From contig NC_043012.1 in assembly GCF_006345805.1 (NCBI RefSeq), forward strand, positions 10,664,001-10,728,000: a stretch of 64,000 nt of DNA, read 5' to 3'. The translations under genes and the position numbers were made by a program. The DNA is from Octopus sinensis. Taxonomy: Eukaryota. This document shows, piece after piece, positions 52,070-64,000 of the stretch; the first letter of the stretch is position 1, and each line of letters opens with the position of its first letter. The notes under the pieces were generated by a model that searched no databases, had not been told where the DNA came from, and was given only the letters and a program-made list of their open reading frames with translations.

Positions 52070-52572
52070 TTTATGTCACTCGCTTCAGTCATTCGACTGC
52101 GACGATGGCGAGTGCGCCGGAGCCTTAAAGGGTTTTAATCGATCAATCGACCCCAGTAGTTTGGGTTTTTTAGTCTGATATTATTATATCAGTCCTTTGC
52201 TAAACTGCTAGTTTACGGTGACGTAAAGAAACGAACACCGGTTTTCAAGTGGCGTGGGGACAGATACAAAATCAAACACACACACACACAAATATATACA
52301 TTCCTTGTTTCAGTCATTTGACTGCGGCCTTGCTGGGGCACCGTTTAGAAATATTAGTCGAATGTATCAACACGTGTATTTACTTTGTTTTAAAGCTCTG
52401 TACTTACTCTGTCGGTTCCCTTTTGCCGAGCCGCTGCGTTACGGGGATGCTGGTGTATCTACGTCCACGTAACTGAGCAGTTCGGCAAAAGAGGGCCGAT
52501 TGAATAAGTACTAGGCTTACAAAGAATAACACCTGGGGTCGATTTATATGTGTGTGTGTGTTTGTGTGTGTG

Positions 52573-52609
<37 letters not shown>

Positions 52610-52895
52610 GTGAGTGTGTGGCAAGAAACTTCCCAACCACATGTATCCGGGTTCAGTCCTACTGCATGGCATCTGGAGTAAGTGTTTTCTACTATATCAT
52701 CGAGCCCACCAAAGCTTTGTGAATCGATATGATACACAGAAATTGAGAGAAGCCCGTCGTGTATATATATATACATTTGGTCGGCCCGAGGCTATAGTAG
52801 AAGACACTTGCCCAAGGTGCCATGCAATGGGACTGAACTCGGAACCATATGGCTGGTAAGCAAGCTACATCCCACACAGCCACTCCTACGCCTAT
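52070..52895. mobile_element. Cluster of family A SINE fragments in both orientations
   Basis: Several head and tail pieces. Confidence 0.7.
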
Positions 52896-53024
52896 GTAAT
52901 TTCTTCGTGGAGGATGTTGAATTTACAATGAAACCGATTCTTGCTGGATTCGAAACCGACTCTATCTCCATTACTAAGATGTCTGAAAGTAAAACCACAA
53001 CTTTTCTCACACGCACAGCTTCAT

Positions 53025-53026
53025 CT

Positions 53027-53125
<99 letters not shown>

Positions 53126-53148
53126 CTCTCTTTCTCTCTCTCTTTCTC

Positions 53149-53179
<31 letters not shown>

Positions 53180-53329
53180 CTCTCTCTTTCTCTCTTTCCT
53201 TTCTTCTTTCTTCTTCTTCTCTCTCTTTCTTCTTTCCTTTCTCTCTCTTTCTCTCTCTCTTTCTTTCTTCTTTCTTCTTTCTTTCTTTCTTTTTCTTTCT
53301 CTCTCTTTTTTCGTTTTTCTTTCTTTCTT

Positions 53330-53380
<51 letters not shown>

Positions 53381-53417
53381 CTCTCTCTTTCTCTCTTTCT
53401 TTCTTTCTCTCTCTCTT

Positions 53418-53450
<33 letters not shown>

Positions 53451-53489
53451 CTCTCTTTCTTTCTTTCTTTCTTTCTTTCTCTCTCTCTG

Positions 53490-53522
<33 letters not shown>

Positions 53523-53532
53523 CTGTCTCTCT
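53025..53532. repeat. (CTTT)n/(CT)n polypyrimidine tract of about 500 bp
   Basis: Read directly. Explains the KER- and SFFL-rich ORFs. Confidence 0.95.
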
Positions 53533-53889
53533 GCGTTTCTGTGTGTACGTATATGCGTGTATTTTATTGTATACAGAAACATATACAAAACCGTATATGC
53601 CTATACATATATAAACGTACCTATGCATGTATATGTACACACCCAGGTACACTCCACGCCGATACCCCCTATCGCTCGCCGCCGCCCCCCACACGCACAC
53701 GTATGTATTTATTTACGTACACAACTAAATATTTGCACGTTGTTCCTGGTAGCAATGGATAGTAGAAGTTGAACAGACAGATCTTGTCACTAGGTGCGGT
53801 CAATTTGTACATTATACGGTTTGTGTGCGCAGCATTGTTGGTGTCGGGATGGCGGGTAGTATGGGGGTGGGACGGGGGGTTGTTGTTGT

Positions 53890-53989
53890 NNNNNNNNNNN
53901 NNNNNNNNNNNNNNNNNNNNNNNNNNNNNNNNNNNNNNNNNNNNNNNNNNNNNNNNNNNNNNNNNNNNNNNNNNNNNNNNNNNNNNNNN
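53890..53989. other. Assembly gap (100 N)
   Basis: Run of N. Confidence 1.
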
Positions 53990-54079
53990 TGGAAGTTCAT
54001 CTGGTGTCAACAACTCTAGAAACATCTTCAGAATGACAGATTATAAATAACAAGTCGCATATTTGTGTTGTTACGCTTC

Positions 54080-54285
54080 TTCTCTTTTACTCTTTTACTT
54101 GTTTCAGTCATTTGACTGCGGCCCCAGGACTTATTCTTTGTAAGCCCAGTACTTATTCTATCGATCTCTTTTGCCGAACCGCTAAGTGACGGGGACGTAA
54201 ACACACCAGCATCGGTTGTCAAGCGATGTTGGGGGGACAAACACAGACACACAAACACCAACACACACACAGACACACACCACAC

Positions 54286-54341
<56 letters not shown>

Positions 54342-54506
54342 TACGACGGGCTTCTTTCAGTTCCGTCTACCAAATCCACTCACAAGGCATTGGTCGGCCC
54401 GGGGCTATAGCAGAAGACACTTGCCCAAGGTGTCACACAGTGGGACTGAACCCGGAACCATGTGGTTGGTTAGCAAGCTACTTACCACACAGCCACTCCT
54501 GCGCCT
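54080..54506 (-). mobile_element. SINE family A
   Basis: Near-complete copy. Confidence 0.9.
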
Positions 54507-54879
54507 AGAGTTATAGATATTAAATCCATCGTTTATATTCTACAAAGAATCGCCGTTCTTATAAGTAAACGGTATATAACAAACTTGTTGGCGTATGCAA
54601 GGTTTCACCAAGATCCTACGAAGCATTAGTCGTAACTAGTACTTGAACAAATTGTGTGTTTAAAAAGAAACATGTTAAGTAAGAGGTTTTAGTGCCTCCT
54701 TCTTGTAAGAGGATTGAAACCTCATATCGATTTTTTAAAAAAGAAAAATCCAGTCGGCGGGTGTTGGGTTTCGTCTCTCATTTATTCATTTTATTTCATT
54801 TTCGTTCATTAACGTGTTTGTCCAGCCGCAAAGCTACACAATCTTTGTACTGTCTATATGACGAATTTTATGAAATAAA

Positions 54880-55017
54880 GTAGCTTGCTTACCAACCACA
54901 TGGTTCTGGGTTCATTCCCACTGCGTGGCACCTTGGGCATGTGTCTTCTACTTTAGCCTCGGGCCGATCAAAGTCTTGTGAGTGGATTTGGTAGACGGAA
55001 ACTGAAAGAAGCCCGTC

Positions 55018-55096
<79 letters not shown>

Positions 55097-55310
55097 ATGT
55101 TTGTGTGTCTGTGTTTGTCCCCCAACATCGCTTGACAACCGATGCTGGTATGATTACGCCCCCGTAACTTAGCGGTTCGGCAAAAACAGACCGATAGAAT
55201 AAGTACTATGCTTCCAAAGACTATGTCCTGGGGTCGATTTGCTCGACTAAAGGCGGTGCTCCAGCATGGCCGCAGTCAAATGACTGAAACAAGTAAAAGA
55301 GTAAAAGAGT
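54880..55310 (+). mobile_element. SINE family A, A box truncated
   Basis: Starts at GTAGCTTGCTTACC. Confidence 0.88.
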
Positions 55311-55900
55311 AAATCCGAGTAAAGTCGAGAATTAGACGGAGTAATTCTGCATCACCGTAATAAAAAAAATTCACCGAAAACGTTCTCTGAAGGGACACAA
55401 AGCGAAGACTGCCTTTAACAAAGTGTTGAAGTTCTGTAGTGGTATTGCACCATACGACCAATATCCATTCTAAGCATTTTAGATCTCTTTCCAATGTAAG
55501 AAGCATTAATCATATGCACAGCTTTCAAACTCTTACCCGAACCATGAGAGGCGTTGTGACATCGCGAGTTACGCAGAGGGAAAGGGATTTTCTTTTGCTA
55601 ATCCTACTGCTAAGGTTCCGAGTTACTATTATTTTGTTTTTGTTTTAGTTTTTAAACTAAAATCCCTAAATATCACGCTATGATTTTTTTTCTCTCCCTA
55701 AATTCGCAGTGTTTGCCACACATAAACCTACCAGTGTCAAAGTAAGTGTCCCGAGCCTTTTTTTTTTTTTCCTACAAACAACGGTTTTGGCGACGAAGAG
55801 ATAAAGAGGTCGAAAACAATGAGAAAACAGTTGGAGACAAGAAACAATATCTGAGTGTAAGGATGTTCGCCCGTGCGTGTGTATGTTTGGTGTGTGTGTG

Positions 55901-55931
<31 letters not shown>

Positions 55932-56093
55932 GATGTTTGTATGCATACCTCTGACTACTTGTGCATAGATATATATTTATGTGTGAGTGTGTAAGTATTG
56001 ATGTATAGATGGGTGCCTGTGACTCTGCGTAAGTATATGTATGTATGTATATGCATTCATAGATTTATATATATGCGTGTACATATGTGTGTG

Positions 56094-56137
<44 letters not shown>

Positions 56138-56345
56138 TTATGTGTGTGTGTGCGTACATGTAAAAGCATTATGCCCTCATCAAATATTAAAATATTAATA
56201 ATAATGGATGAACCTCCCATGTGAATGTTTTATCCGTGTTGCATTTGTATTACGTTCTGAACTTTGACATTTGCTAGCCACATGCACTACGTCACAGAGT
56301 CACGTGTTTCCATATGCATGCGAGTGTGGGGTGACTGTGCGTGCA

Positions 56346-56394
<49 letters not shown>

Positions 56395-56511
56395 TTAAGA
56401 TAAAAACAAAAAGATGAACATAGTTTAGAAAAGATACAGAAGCGAGATAACTTGCTGAATATTTAGAGATAGATAGGCTTACATATTAATGTGTGCGCGC
56501 GTGTGTGTGTG

Positions 56512-56559
<48 letters not shown>

Positions 56560-57081
56560 TGTGCGTGTGTGTGTGTGTTTGTATATGTGGGGATATGTAT
56601 TTGATCGTTGAAATAAATCTCCACAAATGGGAAACAAGAACTCAATACCGAGTTTTAAGGAAGCAAAGTATGGCATAGAAATTTTTATTTTTGCTGATCA
56701 TTGGTTCCTCGTTTCATCTCTCCATCTTGCGAATATATGCGTTTATGTGTCGACATCTATGCATATTTATATATACTAAGAGACAGAGAGGGGATGGATA
56801 GGAGACATAAATACAGATATAGATACAGATATAAGTATATGCGTGTGTCTGTACAAACACACAGACACACATATACATACATACACACACGCACGCACAC
56901 ACACACACACACACACATAAATACATATATATATATATGTATGTATACATACATATATATATATAATATGTATAATAAAGTATATATATAATATATAATT
57001 ATATATAATATAATTTACATATATAATATATATGAAAAAGTGCATTAAATACTACGAAATGTACAGGTAGGAGAAACACAA

Positions 57082-57156
57082 GGACCCTAATTATTCCTCA
57101 GTTATCGACCAAAAATACTAGTACACAGTTTCGTGCTTTTAACGATAAGGCTGGGA
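57082..57156 (-). ncRNA. Degenerate rearranged hammerhead motif
   Basis: CCCAG-C-C-UUAUCG...GCAC-GAAA-CUGUG...CGAUAA-CUGAGGA. Stem II is weak and position 16.1 is C. Confidence 0.5.
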
Positions 57157-57525
57157 ACTTCGAATATAGGTGTCACCCGCAAGATTTGCGTAGAATTAAG
57201 GGCTCGAGCAGACATAGACGAAGACAATAAATAAAGTCTTTCGGCCAAACACGAGAGTGATGGATTTTATATATATATATATATATAGTTGTAGCATGGA
57301 AATCTAGATTTACTTACGGGGACAGCAAATGAGTATCACCTGAGGCGATACATATAGATTTTCTTATACAGGTAAATCGATACATAATTTAATTTAAACT
57401 TAACTCCAAAATCCTGTATATACGAGGATCTGTATTTATCGAAACATTTGTAGTGATTAAAAAGCTGCCTGACCGTATTTACTCTTCATTTTGACTCTTT
57501 TACTTTTTACTTTATTATATATATA

Positions 57526-57559
<34 letters not shown>

Positions 57560-58149
57560 TGTTAAGTAAGAACTCGCGTGTTCCAGTGAGAGCTAAATAT
57601 CATGAACGACACAAGGGTTCATGTGTTCATGTGAACTACTTCAAGTTTCATGCTCGGATAGATCGTATCATGTAGACTACTTTACTCGATTTGGCAATCC
57701 TTCTAGCGCAAAGAACACAGAAATACAGAGGATAACGAAACGGAAGTGCAAGGATGCGTTATAGGACAAAGGGATTATTCTGTTCATGTTATGACCCTTT
57801 AATCTGTTCAATGAAAAATATTGTTTGGTATGAATGTTTAATGTGTCTTTTACTAGGTGTTGTCCTCTAAAATAAACTGTTTTGTGTAGTTGTCGAATGG
57901 GGGTAAGACTAAACTGCGCTAATCTCTGTGTTTAAATCTAGAGAGCAGGAGCGTTTTCCAGTTCAATAAGAACACCTAGATACAAAAACGAAGCTATGGT
58001 ATTGAAATACATCTCAATGGCCATTCTGAGTTTCTCTCAGCTCATTTTTGTTTAATCTATGCAAATTACCTCGACCATAAATGTGTTCGCTTTTATTCCT
58101 GTATATGTCCATATCTCTTGGCTGCTGGAGAAATGGTTCAGCAATTGCC

Positions 58150-59075
58150 ATGCGGATGACACTTGAAACCCTTGACATCGAATATGTACGGGAGATAAAT
58201 TATGACGTCGAAGAAATGGCAGCGTTTGTGGCTGATAGTGAACACAAATTGAACGAGGATCAAAAAACTGCCTTCCAATCCATTATTTCATTCATTCATA
58301 ATAGCGAGACTGGTAATCTCTTCTTTCACAATTCTCCAGGTGGAACTGGCAAAACATTGATTATCAATCTTATTTCGGCAAAGCTGCGACAAAATAAACA
58401 GATAGGCCTTGCCGTGATGTCAAGTGAAATAGCTGCAACTCTGTTCAACGGTGGACGCACAGCTCATTCGGGCTTCAAATTGCCTCTGGACATTGCAAAA
58501 AAAAAAAACATAGCAACCTGCAATATTAGTCGTGGCACTACAAAAGCAAACATTTTCACCGAGTGCAAATTGATCATTTGGGATGAAGAGACAATGAGTC
58601 AGAAGGGGCCTTTTGAGGTTCTTGACAGATTACTTCAAGATCTGAGTCGCAACTCAAGGCTTATAATGGTCGGCCTAACAGAACTCCTTGCAGGCGACTT
58701 TCGACAAACGCTCCCAGTCATTCCAAAGGGAACGAGAGCAAGGTTAGAAAGTTGAAACTCACAACAAACATGAGAGTGTAGTTAGGTGGTGATGCGCACA
58801 TCATAGAGACCTTCTGCAGACAATTAATGTATATTGGAAATAATGCTGTAATTGTTGATCCGGATAGGAAGATTAGTTTATCCTTTGGCAATTTGGTGTC
58901 AAATACGCACGAACTATTGGCGAGAGTTTTCCCCAGTCTGAACACACAATTCACAGACCATTGTTGGCTGAGAAAACGTGCAATTTTGGCGCCAAAAAAT
59001 GTCGCAGTCGATGGCATAAACAATGACCTTCTGGAACAACCGCCTGGCGATCGTCGAACATATTTTATCCGTGCT
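58150..59075 (+). pseudogene. Helitron RepHel Pif1-family helicase fragment
   Basis: SPGGTGKT (Walker A), AATLFNGGRTAHS.FKLP, LIIWDE, GDFRQTLPV, LTTNMRV and RAILAPKN, with a frameshift and a stop. Confidence 0.92.
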
Positions 59076-59419
59076 TGATCTGTGACTACACAACAAAAAA
59101 CAGCCGTGAGAAATCTAAGAAGAAACACAAGATAATTATAACAAGATCTGACACACAACAATAAACAACAACAAAGATAAAGAAAAACAAGATTAGAGCA
59201 TTATCACTGAAGGAACAACATCAGCAACAATAGTTGCAGCAACAACAATATCAATAACAACAAGGAAAAAGTACGGCAGCAACAACGTAAAAATGTAAAA
59301 AAAAAAACAAAACGATGCCAAAACATCATCAACAACAAGGATACAGAACCAACAACAACAGCAGCAGTATCAAGAAGAAGAAGAAGAAGGAGGAGGAGGA
59401 GGGGGAGGAGAAGGAGAAG

Positions 59420-59450
<31 letters not shown>

Positions 59451-59554
59451 TCCTCTCCATTCACGATGCAATCTTCGTAGTTTACAAATCTGTCACAGGT
59501 TTCTCTCTTAAAAAACAAATGTGACTTTATAATTCCTGAAGCGATGATAATAAC

Positions 59555-59590
<36 letters not shown>

Positions 59591-59777
59591 GAAGATGATG
59601 ATGATGATAATTAAGCTGGTTTCTTTTTCGTTTGTTTGTTGTTTGCTTTTGTACTTGTTTGGTATTTGAGTCAAAGTGGAAATGGAAACTAAAAGCGATT
59701 TTGCTTTGAAGACGAATTGACTAACAAGAAATTATACATCCAATACCAACATATATGTAAATACATACACACATACA

Positions 59778-59823
<46 letters not shown>

Positions 59824-59856
59824 ATATATGCTATACACACATACATATATACACAA

Positions 59857-59949
<93 letters not shown>

Positions 59950-61411
59950 CATATATAAGCGCACATACACGCGTACACACACACACACACACACATTCCT
60001 GCATACAGACTGGAAGACGGACATAATTACCTATATACATACACGTCTACATATATGCCTAGATAATTATAAACAGAATACACACAGCAAGACAAAATTA
60101 CATGCATGCGTAATTATAAGCGTAATCAACACTTTATATACACTAGTCTGTGTGCATACACACATAATTATATACAAGCAAGCAACACTTTATACACATT
60201 CGTTTCAATGTGTCTCACGGAAACTAAATATATTTCTCCAGACACAATTGTACGACTAAAATAATGTTAAAGAAAATAAACTTCAAGCTGTAAATTAAAA
60301 CTTTATCACATTTATAATTTGACGGAGCTTTAAAAAGCAATTTTATTGTTAATCTAAAATAGTTGAGAAAAAAAAAGAGGCAATCGTGGCCATCACTACT
60401 TTCAGGAATTTCTACAATGGTCTCTGAGTAAGGCACAGGGGCAGCATTTTTGCTTTTAGGAGAAGAGTTCAGACGATACACTCGCCCCTAATAGTACCCA
60501 ATACTTTACTTTATCAACCCAGGAGGAATGAAAGGTATAGCCGTTCCCATCGAGATTTGAACTCAGACCGTAAAGGGCCAGAAGAAATTCTGCAAATCAT
60601 TTTTACAACGCTCTAACGATTCTGCCATTTCGTGTCAGTTTAAAATCATTATTTCTAATTTACGCAGGTAGCCAGCAGTTTTGAGGGGAAGGGTTGATAT
60701 CATCGACTCCAGTACAAGATTGGCACTTAATTTTACCAACTCGGAGGGATAAGCGGTTTAGTTGGCCACTGCGCAGTTTGAAGTGAGAATATAAAAAGTG
60801 TGGTATTACTCTATTAATAAAGAAATATATATGACTCTAGTCGTAATAAGAAACCTAGTCACAGGTATCAACAGAAGTATCACCAATCTGTCGGCAGACA
60901 GAAAAATCTTCAATAGGGTTGCCCCAAATATAACGTGGAATTAGCCAAGAGTAGCTTTACTGATAACTTAGCATATATGACCGATCCCCATCTCGAAATC
61001 TAAAGAGAGATAGTTAGAGAGAGGCAATCTGGTTTAATTCTCTATGTTTTTACTAACATAGCTAAGAGCTACATGATGGTAATAGAAAATTCCTTAGAAA
61101 CCATATATATCATAAACTCATAGATACCTATAATGTCAAAGTTAGCTACTCATGCTTACATAGTATCTCTTACAAAACAGTCCCCATCCGACACTTTATC
61201 AATGACCATTGTGACGATCGTGCCTCGCAAAGACTGGTCTACAGAGCCACTTTCACACTACCATGAGACACTACACGGGTATGACTGTCAATGTATTTAA
61301 GAGAAGATTCACGCAACACATGCACTCGTTTAGTTGTCCAGACACCTTCCTGCCCTGCTTCATCTGGAGGATCGAAGACCATTAAAACAACTTCCCCAAC
61401 ATTACATAGAG

Positions 61412-62139
61412 CAGTGTTTCCCAAAGTGGGCAGGACTGCCCCACACCAGAGGCGGTGGAAAGATTCAAGAAGGCGTTGAAGAAAAGTGGGGCGATAATAG
61501 AAAAAAACCCAAAATAATAGGTTGATTAGTTTAAGTTTTATATGTGAAATACAGTTTTTTTTAACATTATTTACATTTGACGGATATTTGTCCTCATCTT
61601 GTTTGTTGTTAACACGTTTCGGCTATATATACCCCCCAGCCTTCATTAGGTTCTCATTCCTAAGGTATTTTTCGATGTTATTATTATTATTATTATTATT
61701 CAGGTCACTGCCTGGAATCGAACTCGGAATCTTGGGTTAGTGGCCCACGCACTTAACCATGGGCATATGGCGTAGTGGTTAAGAGCGCAGGCTACTAACC
61801 CCAAGATTCCGAGTTCGATTCCAGGCAGTGACCTTAATAATAATAATATCGAAAAATACCTTAGGAATGAGAACCCAGGTTCGAAATTTCCCCAAGACAC
61901 CTGATGAAGGCTGTGGAGGGTATATCAGCCGAAACGTTCAGTTAACAACAAAGATGAGGACAAATATCCATCAAATGTAAATAATGCACATAATTCCTCA
62001 TCTCTTAAATACAGAACAGTTGTTTTGAATTTGCTCCAGGAAGTGGTCTATGTTTACGGAGTTGAGTTGGAGAGGGAACACTAGGGATGTGGCCTGGGTG
62101 CTAAGGGGTAGGTAGCCTGAAGAAGTTTGGGAAACACTG
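61412..62139. mobile_element. hAT-type MITE
   Basis: Perfect 14-bp TIR CAGTGTTTCCCAAA / TTTGGGAAACACTG. Flanks ACATAGAG / AAATAGAC match at 6 of 8 positions as a TSD. Confidence 0.85.
61565..61986. mobile_element. Inverted pair of a tRNA-headed SINE with a hammerhead-containing tail
   Basis: The + unit at 61761-61986 has A box TGGCGTAGTGG, B box GAGTTCGATTCC, then CTGATGA-A-GGCTG..CAGCC-GAAACGTT. The - unit is at 61565-61759. Confidence 0.82.
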
Positions 62140-63151
62140 AAATAGACCATTCTTGACAAGCCCCCTTCCTTACTCACCTGGTGCTTGTAATTGTCAACTC
62201 TGCTTCCGTGAAGAACTGCATGTCATCCATCAGTCTGCAGAATCCATCAAAAGGAGTAGCGATGTATTTTATTGTCTCGACAAGAGTTATACAAAGTTGA
62301 TGAACTTCAAGCCATTGTATGCTGATAATCTGATACCATGCTAACCTCAGCTGGCTCACGTACAATGACAGGGTATAGAATTCCTGGTGGCTGCAGAGAT
62401 TATAGCTTACCATCACTCACGGTTGTTACAAACTCATATGTAAGCTGATGCTATCAAATGAGTCACCTCATCTTGAGGTAATTGCTAATGCCAAAATTTT
62501 GTCTGCTCTATTGCATTTGGCATCCAATGAAGAAAAGTTGATGCCATAGAAATATCATATCCCTCTGAACGCTAAGTGATGCCAACATAGCGGTGCTCCA
62601 CCATGTGGGGCTTCTGACCAAAGAAATGATATCGTTAAGATAACAAAAACAATCATGATCTGAAATTACCAATGAAGCTGAGTCAAATTGCCACGAGGGC
62701 AAAGCCGTGTGAGTGGATTTCGTAGATGGAAACTATAAGAAGTCCGTTATGGACACATTGAAGTATCTACCCGCTAGAAATAAAGAGTTAAAACACCTCA
62801 CTTGGACCACCTAAAATTACACTGAAAATAACAGATACAACAGTATACGGGTGAGCGAACTGAAAAAGATGTCTCATATAGCATTATAGCATAAAGCTAT
62901 ATATTTAATGGAACAGGTATATATGTGGACCGGTTTCTGGTTTGACACAAAGTTCTTACCTTACTCAGCACATCTTAACCCTTAGAAATATCTTCCCAGT
63001 CCGCCACGTTGAAATCTGCTGGTGTCCTTAAATGCTTAGCGCCAAAATGTGGACAGCCTCAGTGTGAAAAGTACTAAGCAGCAGCAAAAATATTCAGAAC
63101 TGAATATTTATATAGATATTAATATTGATTATATATATATATATGTATATA

Positions 63152-63362
63152 TATGTGGTCTGATCAATAAGTATCCGGATGGTTGCTATAGTAACAAATC
63201 TAAAGCAAGCAGAGTAAAGCCACTTGGTACAGATTGACCTTGGACTCTGCTGTGCAAGTGCACTAAATTTTAACGTTCTAGCTCACTTCCACTGTTTACA
63301 GCAGTGATTGGAAGGAAGGTGTGTAGCGTGTGATCGTCACATTGACCATAACAGAGAAAGTT
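63152..63362 (+). mobile_element. mariner 5' end, same family as 45024-45909
   Basis: TATGTGGTCTGATCAATAAGTATCCGGA...GGAAGGAAGGTGTGTAGCGTGTGATCG, ending in (AG)n. Confidence 0.85.
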
Positions 63363-63389
63363 GAGAGAGAGAGAGAGAGAGAGACAAAG

Positions 63390-63820
63390 GTTCCAGTTTG
63401 ATTTGGCTTGGTTTCTACACCTGAATGCCCTTCCAAACGACAACCACTTTACACAGGTGCTTTTATGTGGCACTGGCACTGATGTTTTTTTTTTTACATG
63501 ACACCAGCAGAGGGCTCTGCCATACAAGAGTGTATCACAATGTTAGTGACATGCAAGAATCTATCAGTGTTACTGTTATACATGTATGTACCAAGCAGTT
63601 ACTAAGTGTATTCCTTTATGAAAATCATCATCATCATCATCATTGTTTAACGTCCGCTTTCCATGCTGGCATGGGTTGGACGATTTGACTGAGAACTGGC
63701 GAACCAGATGGCTGCACCAGGCTCCAATCTGATCTGGCAGGGTTTCTACAGCTGGATGCCCTACTTAACGCCAACCACTCCAAGAGCGTAGTGGGTGCTT
63801 TTATGTGCCACCGACACGAG
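63390..63820 (-). mobile_element. SINE-like fragments with an (ATG)n tail
   Basis: (CAT)n followed by GTTTCTACAGCTGGATGCCC..AACGCCAACCAC, with a related piece at 63405-63480. Confidence 0.6.
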
Positions 63821-64000
63821 TATAATTCTATTTTATTTTCCCTGCTAACCTAGAGCTGTATAGTTGTGGCTAGTCCACTGGTCAAACCAAAGTATTTCCA
63901 ACCATTGCCATGTTGGCACTAATAAATAAAATTAATAATCCTTTCTACTATAGGCACAAGGCCTGGAATTTTCGAGGAGGAGAGATAGTTGAGTGCATTG

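Larger units (their letters stand above)
60830..62300 (+). mobile_element. Decayed Penelope-like element (RT thumb, linker and GIY-YIG region), interrupted
   Basis: Fragments INRSITNLSADRKIFNRVAPKYN, IWFN, VKVSYSC, LVYRAT and FKRRFTQH, then after the insertion PYSPGACNCQLCFREELHVI. Confidence 0.7.

Noticed and set aside
58081-58755. Host PIF1 helicase gene
   Set aside because: Intronless, frameshifted and with Helitron-type motifs, so a transposon relic.
983-60259. Many ORFs rich in YI, HT, CV, MYVC, poly-T/L/S/I or KER
   Set aside because: They are translations of microsatellites with no coding signal.
61761-61833. tRNA gene
   Set aside because: No good acceptor stem, it is fused to a repeat tail and duplicated in inversion, so it is a SINE head.

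Overview
Repeat-dense, AT-rich eukaryotic DNA with no recognisable host protein-coding exon. The SINE families and microsatellite load point to an octopus genome (inference). Almost all ORFs in the track are microsatellite or SINE artefacts. The window contains three tRNA-headed SINE families in dozens of copies, CR1/L2-group LINE relics, mariner and hAT derivatives, Helitron pieces, a decayed Penelope-like element and a 100-N gap. The main finding is a set of hammerhead ribozyme (HHR) motifs in small non-coding elements. Four sequence-divergent loci (12139-12215, 22347-22419, 48015-48088, 57082-57156) share one non-circularly permuted strand order: cleavage strand, then GAAA strand, then CUGANGA strand, with different but complementary helix sequences at each locus. 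The best copy lies in a retrozyme-like direct-repeat element (47220-48402) whose 5' end falls on the predicted cleavage site. Canonical type I HHRs and a tRNA-headed SINE with an HHR tail also occur. All structures were folded by eye, activity is untested, and repeat boundaries are approximate.
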